From a virus: 64,000 bases of DNA. Shown here in pieces: positions 1-9,418 of this stretch. The position numbers and the translations under genes were made by a program. Every line of letters begins with the position of its first letter. Positions within the stretch are counted from its first letter, which is position 1. The stretch lies in IMG/VR virus record IMGVR_UViG_3300028045_000007, positions 90,409 to 154,408 of that record; one strand, 5' to 3'. The notes under the pieces were generated by a model. It ran no database searches, had not been told where the DNA came from, and saw only the letters and a program-made list of their open reading frames with translations.

Positions 1-96
1 TGCGAGATCAACGGTCTTGTTTTGGTAGAGGTGCGTGGCAATCCTACGGTCGCAGACGTACAACGCATGATTCAGGAGGCAAGGGCAGATGACTAA
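1..96 (+). CDS. 3' end of a partial CDS, possibly the C-terminus of a Vsr/DUF559-like nuclease
   Basis: Frame 1 is open from the window edge (CEINGLVLVEVRGNPTVADVQRMIQEARADD*) and its stop overlaps the helicase start. Confidence 0.45.
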   Translation, partial: CEINGLVLVEVRGNPTVADVQRMIQEARADD

Positions 97-1540
97 TATT
101 GCTGCCGAGAAGGTTTTCCTGGCTGGCGTTGTGCGTCATCCTACTAAGTTGTTTGAGTATATCGAATACTTAGATGAAGACGACTTTCATCATACTGCTA
201 CATGTATGACATTTGAGGCTCTCCGCTCCCTTGTCGTCGATAAGGAGGCCGAGAAAGTTACTAAGGCTAAGCTTGTTGCTGAGGCCAAAGCACTAGGACA
301 CCAGAACTTCTTGTCGGCCACGAAAAATGGAGAGTGGTTAGACGAACTCATTGCCGAAGAAGTAACTACCAATGAGCTTGACGCACACTTCATGGAAGTT
401 AAGCGTCAATCTCTTAAGTCTAAGTATCTCGATTCATTTTCTGAGCTACGCGACTATCTTTCGACTACTGACGACCCCTTGTCCATCATGATTGGCAAGG
501 TTGAGAATGACGTTGTTAGTAAAGTGAACATTCTGGATAAAGGCGAGCATGCCATCCAGGATATGCGTGAAGGATTTCAAGAATTCTTGGAGAGCCTTGC
601 TGAAGATCCTGGACACATGGGTCTTGATATTGGCTATCCATTATGGCAAGAGAGGATTGGACAGATTCGTAACGGCACCATTACGTTTATTGTCGGTACG
701 ACGGGTAGCGGCAAATCTCAGTTTGGTATGAAGGCTGCTGTCATTGCTGCACGCAAGGGCATTCCTGTATTGTATCTTGATAGTGAGCTTAGCAAGCATG
801 ACCAGTGGGTACGTATGGCTGCCATGCTTGCCAAGGTTCCGTCTGAGTATGTTGAGACCGGGTTTGTATATCTGAACGAGTCGCAGTTGCGAGATAATGG
901 AGTAACTGACCAAACTAAGATCGACGAGATTATTGCCTATGGTCGTCGCCTTCGTGATCCACGTCTTTGGGAAGCCGTGCAGAAGATGCCTATCTTCTAT
1001 CAGTCTATTAGCGGTCTGACTGTGCCGGATGTCATTCCGCATATGCGTCGTTGGCTTTTGACTCATGTGAAGCCAGACCGTGAGACGCGAGCGGCACAAT
1101 GTCTCATCGTTTACGATTACATTAAGCTATCTATGACCACCGAGATCAGTCGTGGAGTATTGGCTGAGTGGCAGCAACATGGACTTCATGTATCTCACCT
1201 TCATGACTTTGCTAACAGATACAATATTCCGATCATTGGATTTGGCCAGACCAACAACGAGCTAGACGAAGGGATTAGGTGTGTTGCTGGCGGTAAGCGG
1301 ATCAGCGAGAACGTGGATTCCGTTAGTTACTTCAAACGCAAAACCGATGCAGAGCGTGCCAATGATAGCAGCGGTACACATATGGCCAAAATCTTTAAGT
1401 CGCGTTATGGGCGTGGCCTATGGGGCGGTTACATCAACTTCAATGCCGACCTCAGGTTTGGTGAATTTACAGAACTAGACCTTGGTAGCGTAAGACCACC
1501 CGAGACAGACGAGGAAGAAGACGATGACGATGATAACTAA
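89..1540 (+). CDS. dnaB: Replicative DNA helicase, DnaB family
   Basis: Walker A GTTGSGKS, YLDSEL, IVYDYIK, QTNN, KSRYG arginine finger; N-terminal AEKVFLAGV; AGGAGG RBS. Confidence 0.9.
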   Translation: MTNIAAEKVFLAGVVRHPTKLFEYIEYLDEDDFHHTATCMTFEALRSLVVDKEAEKVTKAKLVAEAKALGHQNFLSATKNGEWLDELIAEEVTTNELDAHFMEVKRQSLKSKYLDSFSELRDYLSTTDDPLSIMIGKVENDVVSKVNILDKGEHAIQDMREGFQEFLESLAEDPGHMGLDIGYPLWQERIGQIRNGTITFIVGTTGSGKSQFGMKAAVIAARKGIPVLYLDSELSKHDQWVRMAAMLAKVPSEYVETGFVYLNESQLRDNGVTDQTKIDEIIAYGRRLRDPRLWEAVQKMPIFYQSISGLTVPDVIPHMRRWLLTHVKPDRETRAAQCLIVYDYIKLSMTTEISRGVLAEWQQHGLHVSHLHDFANRYNIPIIGFGQTNNELDEGIRCVAGGKRISENVDSVSYFKRKTDAERANDSSGTHMAKIFKSRYGRGLWGGYINFNADLRFGEFTELDLGSVRPPETDEEEDDDDDN

Positions 1541-2600
1541 AGACCAGAAGCGTATCATACGCAATCACGCCAATCGTAATGTTACGCATCTCCTAGATAA
1601 GCTAGGTGTGCCATACTACGATCGAGGTGATGGTTTGATTCAGGCGTGCTGCCCATGTCAACAACATGGCGGAGACGGAGACAACGAGACGGCCTTTAGC
1701 TGGAGGCTTGATCTAGGCAAATGGGTTTGCTGGTCACATCACTGCGAGCAAGATCGCGGCAATGACATCTTTGGTTTAGTTAGCTGTATCTTGGGAGGAG
1801 ACTTTATGGTCACTCTCAACTGGATCATTGAGACGCTAGAGGAGCGTCAAGTGGATCTGGACGAAGAGGTTGCAGATCCCGAGAATCTTCATCGTGGTGT
1901 TAAACTTCATATTCATGAGCCACTCTCTGAAGACAACCTTCAATTTCTACAGGCCGACCCTCAATATCTTTTGAATCGCGGATTTGACATTGATGTACTG
2001 CGTCAGTACGAAGTAGGACTTTGGAATCGTCCAGGCACATATATGGATGGTCGCGTCGTCTTTCCTGTTCGTGACCACGAAGGACATCTCGTTGGATATA
2101 CTGGTCGCACAATCTATTCACCTGAGCATTTTGAGAAGCGAAGCCTAACGTTTAAGAAGTGGGTTCATGGCCGTCATTACAATCGGTGGCCCAAACGTGG
2201 AGACATCTTTACTGGCTCCATTTTATTCAATCTCTGTCGTGCGAAGAAGTACCTAGAGCCCAATCGACGTTTGATTTTGGTAGAGGGGCCACTGGACGGC
2301 ATAAAGCTAGAGGAGGCCGGGATTCATAATTGGGTTGGCACTCTTGGCACGAACTTTTGCCATGCTCACCGCACCTTGCTAGTGAAGTATGGAGTGAGTG
2401 ATCTTTATGTAGCGTATGACAATGATGATCCTACCAAGTACAAGGACGGCTGTAGTCCTGGCGAAAAGGGATGGGAACGCATGGAGCGTGTCGTCGGCGA
2501 CCTTTTCAATATGCACCGCATCGTCCTGCCGCCCGGCAAAGACTGTGGCGATCTAAGCACACAACTACTTCAAGACATTTTTCAAGGGATCGCATGTTAA
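1524..2600 (+). CDS. dnaG: DNA primase (Zn-binding domain + TOPRIM)
   Basis: CPCQQH...CWSHHC Zn motif, RVVFPVRD...VGYTGR, LVEGPLDG, AYDND, LPPGKDCGD; follows the helicase. Confidence 0.88.
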   Translation: MTMITKDQKRIIRNHANRNVTHLLDKLGVPYYDRGDGLIQACCPCQQHGGDGDNETAFSWRLDLGKWVCWSHHCEQDRGNDIFGLVSCILGGDFMVTLNWIIETLEERQVDLDEEVADPENLHRGVKLHIHEPLSEDNLQFLQADPQYLLNRGFDIDVLRQYEVGLWNRPGTYMDGRVVFPVRDHEGHLVGYTGRTIYSPEHFEKRSLTFKKWVHGRHYNRWPKRGDIFTGSILFNLCRAKKYLEPNRRLILVEGPLDGIKLEEAGIHNWVGTLGTNFCHAHRTLLVKYGVSDLYVAYDNDDPTKYKDGCSPGEKGWERMERVVGDLFNMHRIVLPPGKDCGDLSTQLLQDIFQGIAC

Positions 2601-3571
2601 AACTCAAAAGCATTTCGCCGTCACGTATCAAGACGTTTGATATGTGTCGATTTAAGTACTGGTTGACGTATAACTGTCCAGACATTACCCTGAAATCAAA
2701 TTGGGGTGCTTGTCATGGTTCTCTAGTTCACGACGTATTAGAGAATCTTTCGACGGGAGATGATCCCGATTGGGTTGCACGACTATATCGTGGGTATGGC
2801 GGCACTCTAGAAACTCTTGATCGGTATCAAAAGCCAGAGGTAATGGAGACTCCTTTGGTTTGGGCGAAGCCAAAAGACTACGCCGACAAGAAGCCTCACT
2901 GCGACACTTGTCCATACGCGGCTGATGGCGAATGTAGCATCTCGCGTGAGCCTTTGGATAAATTACCCGGCTGTCCTCGCTCGCTATTCGATGGCTCTAT
3001 TGCAATGATCGAGCGTGTGATAGAAAGGTATCAAGACACATGGCCGAATATCCTACGTGATCCAGAAGGAAAGTCTGTTGGCTGCGAGTACTTCTTTAAG
3101 ATCAATATCCCCAAAACAGATGTTCCTATTTTGGGATATATGGACCTTGTGATTGAGAGAGACTCAGAGACGATTGAGGTTATTGACTACAAGAGTGGCA
3201 CCTGGACACAAGATTACGACGAGTGTCGCAAGGATATTCAGGTTCGTATGTATTCACTCGCTGCTCGTCGTGAATTCATCGATGACATTAGTGGGCACGG
3301 ATACAAATACAAGAACGTCATTATGACATTCGACTATTTTACCAAGAGCCCTATCACTGTAGCTTTTACCGCAGACGAAGATGCCAAGACCGAGCGTGAC
3401 GTACTCTGTAAGATTCGAGAGATAGAAGCGACAGCATGGATTGATCGTGTCGTGAGGTCTAGCAAAGAGTTTAGCGAAAGACGAGCATGGAAGTGTAACT
3501 ACTTGTGTGACTCTGGCGTTTGTGCCAACCAATGGAGTGGGAGGTTCAAGACTGATGAAGGGCAAAATTAG
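2594..3571 (+). CDS. PD-(D/E)XK exonuclease, RecB/AddB/Cas4-like
   Basis: ISPSRI..C N-terminus, GSLVH, GYMDLV, VIDYKSG, QVRMY, C-terminal CNYLCxxxxC; ATG 2594 overlaps the primase stop. Confidence 0.85.
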   Translation: MLKLKSISPSRIKTFDMCRFKYWLTYNCPDITLKSNWGACHGSLVHDVLENLSTGDDPDWVARLYRGYGGTLETLDRYQKPEVMETPLVWAKPKDYADKKPHCDTCPYAADGECSISREPLDKLPGCPRSLFDGSIAMIERVIERYQDTWPNILRDPEGKSVGCEYFFKINIPKTDVPILGYMDLVIERDSETIEVIDYKSGTWTQDYDECRKDIQVRMYSLAARREFIDDISGHGYKYKNVIMTFDYFTKSPITVAFTADEDAKTERDVLCKIREIEATAWIDRVVRSSKEFSERRAWKCNYLCDSGVCANQWSGRFKTDEGQN

Positions 3572-4163
3572 TAAGGACTGGATCGATGCCTATTTTGAGT
3601 ATGGCGTAGACGTTAATAACCGTAAGGTGTTTTTGTTTACTGGCGTAGACGAGGTAAGTATCGGTTATGTTATTAAGGGATTGTATTTAATGGAAGCCGA
3701 AATCACAACGGCTCAAAGAAACGCTGGTGACATTCCACCTATTGAACTTTTTATTGGTTCGTTTGGAGGTGATGAATACGAAATGTGGGCGTTATATGAT
3801 GTCATGCGTACCCTTGAATCGCCCGTGCGTACAATTGCTATAGGTAAATGCATGAGTGCAGCCCCCCTTTTGGTTGCCTGTGGCCAACAGGGACATCGTT
3901 ATGCTACGCCAAACACATGGTTCATGGTACATCAGGGATGGGGCGAATATGGCGAGCAGCGTTACGACGAACTTAAAAAGAATATGAAACACCAGGATGC
4001 CATGGATAAACGCTGGTATGAACTGATGGAGGCACACACTAATAAGCCAGCGTCATTTTGGAAGAGACACTGCGATCAGCCCGGCGACAAGTACTTTAGT
4101 GCATATCAAGCACAAGAGTGGGGATTGATCGATCACGTTTGGGACGAGAAGGGAGGGGAGTAA
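3555..4163 (+). CDS. clpP: ClpP-like serine protease subunit
   Basis: RKVFLFTGVD, IELFIGSFGG, GKCMSAA (catalytic Ser), FMVHQ (His), DKYFSAYQAQEWGLIDHV. Confidence 0.85.
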   Translation: MKGKISKDWIDAYFEYGVDVNNRKVFLFTGVDEVSIGYVIKGLYLMEAEITTAQRNAGDIPPIELFIGSFGGDEYEMWALYDVMRTLESPVRTIAIGKCMSAAPLLVACGQQGHRYATPNTWFMVHQGWGEYGEQRYDELKKNMKHQDAMDKRWYELMEAHTNKPASFWKRHCDQPGDKYFSAYQAQEWGLIDHVWDEKGGE

Positions 4164-4849
4164 TGGCTAAACATACGGTTATAGTTTGTTGTTGGGAACA
4201 TGGTCACGAGACTGAGCTTGTTATGACGAGACGCCAAGAGGAACGATTGGCCGAACAACTCAAAAAACTCAAGGCCGTGTGTCCCGTTTGTCGTAATGCC
4301 GAAAATGGCAATCAGCCAATCTTTATTAAGGAGGGCGAGACGCTGTTCAACCCCTCTAAGATTTACCGCTGTCGTCACGGGCATATCACCACGATTGGTG
4401 CGTTTCAGAATGGTCACTTACACGTTAGATATGGCAATGGGCCGGAAGAATTCGTGAATATCGAGTGTACTCTCGAAGAACTCCCAGATCTTGTTGACAC
4501 GAAGGACGTTTCGTGCCATCATATAGGAGACGCTGACAAGGAATGCGACTGTAAACTCAAAGAAGTTGACGATTTCGAGTTATCTGTCCCAAGAGCGGCT
4601 GGTATCAAGACGATCACACGTGTTGGCGACCTATGGGATAAGGCGGGCATCGAGCCCGTTCGTGATGGCAAGTATGATGGTGACGGCAATTATCGTGCAA
4701 CACGCACCGAGAAGGCAAATCGTCACAGGCTCGCCGCTAAACGTAAGCGTCTCATGGACGAAGATAAGCATCCTGGCAAACGGATGACCAAGACATCGAA
4801 GAAAAAGTATACCCGTCGTCGCAAGAGCGACCTGGACATGGGATCATGA
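4163..4849 (+). CDS. Hypothetical Zn-binding protein with basic C-terminal tail
   Basis: CWEHGH, CPVC and CRHGH motifs; Lys/Arg-rich end; coupled to both neighbours. Confidence 0.7.
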   Translation: MAKHTVIVCCWEHGHETELVMTRRQEERLAEQLKKLKAVCPVCRNAENGNQPIFIKEGETLFNPSKIYRCRHGHITTIGAFQNGHLHVRYGNGPEEFVNIECTLEELPDLVDTKDVSCHHIGDADKECDCKLKEVDDFELSVPRAAGIKTITRVGDLWDKAGIEPVRDGKYDGDGNYRATRTEKANRHRLAAKRKRLMDEDKHPGKRMTKTSKKKYTRRRKSDLDMGS

Positions 4850-7800
4850 CATTTGCACACCTGAACGTACACTCGAAAGCCTCGATGCTGTATGGGTCTG
4901 CCGACATTAAAGACCTAATCAAGCGAGCCAAGGAGTTAGGACAGCCAGCTATCGCACTGACGGACTACAGTAACATGTATAACGCAGTCACGTTCTATCG
5001 TGAAGCGGACAGGGCTGGGATCAAGCCGATCATTGGTATTGATCTTTACTTTTGCGAGGACGCTGAACAGCTTAGGATTCAACGTGTACGTCAGGTTTCT
5101 CACGTTGTGCTTTTGGCCGAGAACGAGGAGGGCATGAAAAACATTGCTAGACTGGTTTCATCGGCCCACGACAAAGAGCACTTCTACTACAACCCACGTA
5201 TTGATTTTAAGCTCCTAGAACAATATAACGAAGGGATTATCTGTTTGACGGGTAGTAGTTTGGACGGCGTAATTGCCTCCAAGCTATTTGATAAGGTTGC
5301 ACCCGATGGTGAGGTCATGGAGCCCGCCGCTCTATTTAGGGCAGAGGGTCTTGTTCGTCGTTTCCTTAAGATCTTTGATACTAACCACTTCTTTTTAGAG
5401 GTGCAAGATACAGGACTTGCAGAGCAGGAAGTAATCAATACTCGTCTTCGTAATATTGCCATGAAGTATGGCCTCAAGACTGTTGCTACAAACAATGTAC
5501 ATTATGTTGAGCAACATGCAGCCGAGGCACACAAGACGCTGCTTGAGACTGGTACCAGCAAGTTTAGTCGTGCTACTTACACCGACTTTACTCCAGAGGA
5601 GTACTACCTAAAGGATCGCGAAGCACTTGAGCAGACCTCTTTGTTGCCAGAGGAGCTAGATATTGCCCTTGAGATTGCAGAACGCTGTAACGTTACGATT
5701 GATCTCAAGAAGCGACGACTACCTAAGTATAAGTTTATTCCCGAAGGAAAGACATCGGTTGAATACTTGCGTGAACTGGCCCACGCTGGTCTCAATGAGA
5801 TTATTACTGATGAACTTGACACTTGCGAACAAGAAGAGTCTTACAATGACAGGTTAGAGCGTGAGCTTGCGGACATTGAAGAGATGGGGTTTGCCGACTA
5901 CTTCCTTATCGTCCACGACGTTATGTCATGGGTACACGGTCAGAAGATCTTGGTCGGTCGTGGACGAGGTAGTGCTGGCGGTAGCCTTGTGTCCTACGCT
6001 CTGCGGATTACTGACATCGACCCATTGAAGTATGGACTCATCTGGGAGCGATTCTTGAATAAGGGACGTGGTGGCCTGCCTGACATCGATACCGACGTTC
6101 CTCGTTCACAACGCCAGAAGGTACTGGCGTACGTGCGTGAGCGGTTTGGCGAGGGCAATGTTGCCCAGCTAGTGACGCTCGGTGGCCTACAGGCTAAGGC
6201 TGTACTCAAAGAGGTCTTTCGAGTTTATGACATGCCGTTCGATGAGGCGAACAAAATTACGGCACTTGTGCCCGCTAAGAATGATGATCATGGTGCAATT
6301 ACGCTGCAAGAAGCGATTGATGCCGTACCAGAACTGAAGGCATATTACGATAAGTATACTTCCTGGTTTAAGATTGCGTTAGCCCTTGAGGGATGCTACA
6401 AGACGACTGGTATCCATGCCGCCGCCGTTGTCATCTCTGACGTGCCGTTCGACGAAAGCTCATATCCACTGACACGCTCTAAGGATGGAGACCTGATCTT
6501 TGGTTGGGATATGGATACGGTAGACTCTTTAAGTTTGCTAAAGCTAGATATCCTGGGACTGACTACCCTGGACGATATTCAGCTTACTACAGATCTCGTT
6601 AAGGGACGACGTGACATCGACATCTCTCGTGTCAACATGCCACTAGACGACCCCGTTACTTGGGCGATGCTTGGTCAGGGATACACTGTAGGTATTTTCC
6701 AGATTGAGCGACAGCTTGGTCGTACATGGAGTAAGAATCTACAGCCAGAGAACATTGAACAATTGAGTGATTTGGTCTCACTAATTCGACCCGGCCCCAT
6801 GTCGTCTGATATGCATACGTCATACCGTGGCGTCAAGATGAAGGGCGAGGAGCCCACCTATCTACATCCCATGTTGGAACCCATCATGGGGACAACTTAT
6901 TCCGCTCTTTTGTATCAGGAGCAGGTAATCTATATCTGTCAACAGCTTGCTGGCATGAACTCGGTTGATGCGGACATGGTTCGCAAGGCCATGGGCAAGA
7001 AGAAGCCAGAGGAGATGAAAAAATGGAAGGAGAAGTTCGTCAACGGATGTTCGGCTGCCGGTATTACTATCACGTGTGCCGAAGAAATCTGGGGATATAT
7101 CGAGAAGTTCGCTGGATATGGCTTCAATAAGTCTCATGGTATTGGGTATGCTCTACTAGCATACGAGACGGCCTATCTAAAGGCTAACTTTCCTGTCGAA
7201 TTCTTTTGTGCCAAACTACAGCACGCAGAGAGTCATACCGACAAGTACGAACAGATGGCCGCACTTGTTTACGATGGCAAGCTATTCGATCTTGAGGTGG
7301 TTCCGCCGAGGCTACGACGCGGCAATAAGGATTTCGCCGTCATTAGCGATAATCAGGTAGCGTTTGGTCTCAGTGCTCTCGAGGGCGTGGGTCGCGTTGC
7401 TGTTACGGACCTTGTGCGTGTGGCCAAGGAATGCCCGTCTTTCGACGAATTGATTTGGCGTGTACTGACCACGAAAACAAAAGTGAATTCTTCGGTTGTT
7501 ACAGCACTCATTCGTGCCGGTGCGTTTGATGACCAAATTGAGCATCGCGTAGAGTGTCAGCGTCGCTGGCGTTTACTTGAAGGTCTTACGACCAAGGAAC
7601 GCGAAACCATTACGTCTCTCATGCCACATCAGGAGGGTGAGCCCAATTGGATTAAGATCTTACGTGCCCTAGCGGACGAAGACAAGGCACCGCTAGTCAA
7701 GGAGCACTTTGATGTTAAGATTCCCAACGCTGCTCGACGACCTAAGATACGAGCACTGCTAGATGACCATGATCGTAGCGACCTATTTGATAGTAAAGCC

Positions 7801-8154
7801 CAAAGAATTGCGTGGGAACAGCACTATCTTGGTATTTCTCTGAGTGGTAGTGAAGCGGACATCTATCGTGCATCTCATAAATGTATTGATCTGGTGAAGA
7901 ATGGGTATCCGGACCTGAGATTTGAAATTGCTGTGTGCGTCGATGCTGTCCGTGAGATTATCACCAAGAAAGGTGATCCTATGGCGTTTGTTACCGCACG
8001 AGACAATACGTATCTTATGGACAATATCGTTGTCTTCCCGAAGGTATTCGAATATAAGGGCAAACTACTGGAAGAAGGGAACGTTTTAAAGATTCGTGGC
8101 AGAGTTGATGATCGTGGTTCACTAATTGTCGATAGACTAGAGAGATTACAATGA
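4846..8154 (+). CDS. dnaE: DNA polymerase III alpha subunit
   Basis: PHP domain HLNVHS/ALTD, GRGRGSAGGSLV, PDIDTD, KLDILGL, YGFNKSH, C-terminal OB fold; no intein seen. Confidence 0.97.
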   Translation: MTFAHLNVHSKASMLYGSADIKDLIKRAKELGQPAIALTDYSNMYNAVTFYREADRAGIKPIIGIDLYFCEDAEQLRIQRVRQVSHVVLLAENEEGMKNIARLVSSAHDKEHFYYNPRIDFKLLEQYNEGIICLTGSSLDGVIASKLFDKVAPDGEVMEPAALFRAEGLVRRFLKIFDTNHFFLEVQDTGLAEQEVINTRLRNIAMKYGLKTVATNNVHYVEQHAAEAHKTLLETGTSKFSRATYTDFTPEEYYLKDREALEQTSLLPEELDIALEIAERCNVTIDLKKRRLPKYKFIPEGKTSVEYLRELAHAGLNEIITDELDTCEQEESYNDRLERELADIEEMGFADYFLIVHDVMSWVHGQKILVGRGRGSAGGSLVSYALRITDIDPLKYGLIWERFLNKGRGGLPDIDTDVPRSQRQKVLAYVRERFGEGNVAQLVTLGGLQAKAVLKEVFRVYDMPFDEANKITALVPAKNDDHGAITLQEAIDAVPELKAYYDKYTSWFKIALALEGCYKTTGIHAAAVVISDVPFDESSYPLTRSKDGDLIFGWDMDTVDSLSLLKLDILGLTTLDDIQLTTDLVKGRRDIDISRVNMPLDDPVTWAMLGQGYTVGIFQIERQLGRTWSKNLQPENIEQLSDLVSLIRPGPMSSDMHTSYRGVKMKGEEPTYLHPMLEPIMGTTYSALLYQEQVIYICQQLAGMNSVDADMVRKAMGKKKPEEMKKWKEKFVNGCSAAGITITCAEEIWGYIEKFAGYGFNKSHGIGYALLAYETAYLKANFPVEFFCAKLQHAESHTDKYEQMAALVYDGKLFDLEVVPPRLRRGNKDFAVISDNQVAFGLSALEGVGRVAVTDLVRVAKECPSFDELIWRVLTTKTKVNSSVVTALIRAGAFDDQIEHRVECQRRWRLLEGLTTKERETITSLMPHQEGEPNWIKILRALADEDKAPLVKEHFDVKIPNAARRPKIRALLDDHDRSDLFDSKAQRIAWEQHYLGISLSGSEADIYRASHKCIDLVKNGYPDLRFEIAVCVDAVREIITKKGDPMAFVTARDNTYLMDNIVVFPKVFEYKGKLLEEGNVLKIRGRVDDRGSLIVDRLERLQ

Positions 8155-8396
8155 CGAAGTATGAGTATGATTACGAAGAACTAAAGCTTAATGAAGAAGA
8201 ACGGGCATTGCTGGACCTAGATATGGGCGATGTTGATACGCTGAATGTCTTGCTACGCGAGACTATCAATGAGCGTGCTGCCGATGGCTGGGAGCCACTG
8301 TATCCATTTTCCGTGCCGTCCTTGTGGTTTCGTAGAGTGATTCCTACTAAACGTAAAAAAGTTACGAAAAGCTTGGACAGCAAGCATCAGGGATGA
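8151..8396 (+). CDS. Small hypothetical protein (DUF4177-like pattern)
   Basis: KYEY...INERAADGWE...WFRR pattern; ATGA coupling to dnaE. Confidence 0.6.
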   Translation: MTKYEYDYEELKLNEEERALLDLDMGDVDTLNVLLRETINERAADGWEPLYPFSVPSLWFRRVIPTKRKKVTKSLDSKHQG

Positions 8397-8402
8397 CACA
8401 AT

Positions 8403-8741
8403 ATGTATGATTATGCACAGTCTCAATTGCTTGGTAGGGCGACTGCCGACGCACACTTTGATACAGATCGTGATGGCCGTGTCATTAAGGCGGTCTTTAT
8501 GATTGCACTTAATACCCCCGTGAGACGTGGCAATAGGATGACCTCGCGTACTATTTACAGACGTATTATGGTACTGGGGTCTTTTGCGGACTATGTACTA
8601 AATTGCCAAGAAGAGGACGGACTCCGTGGTCGTCTCATTAATGTAATTGGCGTCATGGACGACGAACACGTGCCAACAGACGAAGAGGATGACGAATACT
8701 ACGAAGTCACTAGAGTTGCCCCTGGGGGCTGGATTCATTAA
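8403..8741 (+). CDS. Divergent SSB-like OB-fold protein, possibly frameshifted near its 3' end
   Basis: LLGRATADA...FMIALN...LRGRLINVIG resembles the SSB fold. Confidence 0.6.
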   Translation: MYDYAQSQLLGRATADAHFDTDRDGRVIKAVFMIALNTPVRRGNRMTSRTIYRRIMVLGSFADYVLNCQEEDGLRGRLINVIGVMDDEHVPTDEEDDEYYEVTRVAPGGWIH

Positions 8742-8767
8742 GATTATGGATCGGAGAGTCAAGCCCG

Positions 8768-9418
8768 ATGCTTGATCATGCAGAGACCATTTTGGATAAT
8801 TATGGTCCACTCATCAAGAAGATTGCTAGGTCGGCTTGCTTCTCGTCTGCTACTATTGACATATTGGATTTGATTCAGGTTGGCGAGATCGCCGCACTGA
8901 GGGCAGTTAAGAAATATGATCCCTCGGCTGGTGCCACGATACGTTCATATGTAGCACGCTTGGTACGTCAAGATATTTATCGTGAGGCTGCCAGATTCCT
9001 TGGTGTGTTTACCGTGGATCCTCGCGTGACTAGCCTTGCAGCAAAAGCTAATCGCATGTCTCTAGATGGACACAGTGATGAAAGTATCGCTACGGCTCTT
9101 GACGAGTCAAGTAGTTATGCACTGGACGCAGATCATGTACGAGATCTTCGGCTCGCGTACAGTCGTCGCCAGTACGTGGTTACCCAGGATGACGATGCAC
9201 TAGATGAGTCTGATGCAGATCAACACACCATTAAAGAACTACTAATAGAGATTGTACAGGATGAGCCGGATAAGATTATTCTAGACAATCGAATCCTTGG
9301 CACCTCTTCGGTACGTGACATTGCACGCCTACTCTCGGTGTCGCCGCGACGAGTTTATGAGTTGGAAAACGATCTCAAGGATCGTATCAAACATGCAATC
9401 AAAGGGATGACTGAATGA
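8768..9418 (+). CDS. Sigma-70 family RNA polymerase sigma factor
   Basis: Region 2 DLIQVGEIAALRAVKKYDP...IRSY; region 4 HTH SVRDIARLLSVSPRRVYELE. Confidence 0.85.
   Translation: MLDHAETILDNYGPLIKKIARSACFSSATIDILDLIQVGEIAALRAVKKYDPSAGATIRSYVARLVRQDIYREAARFLGVFTVDPRVTSLAAKANRMSLDGHSDESIATALDESSSYALDADHVRDLRLAYSRRQYVVTQDDDALDESDADQHTIKELLIEIVQDEPDKIILDNRILGTSSVRDIARLLSVSPRRVYELENDLKDRIKHAIKGMTE

Noticed and set aside
2594-3571. CRISPR-Cas system suggested by the Cas4-like gene
   Set aside because: No repeat-spacer array or other cas genes seen; solo Cas4/RecB-like nucleases are common in phage replication modules
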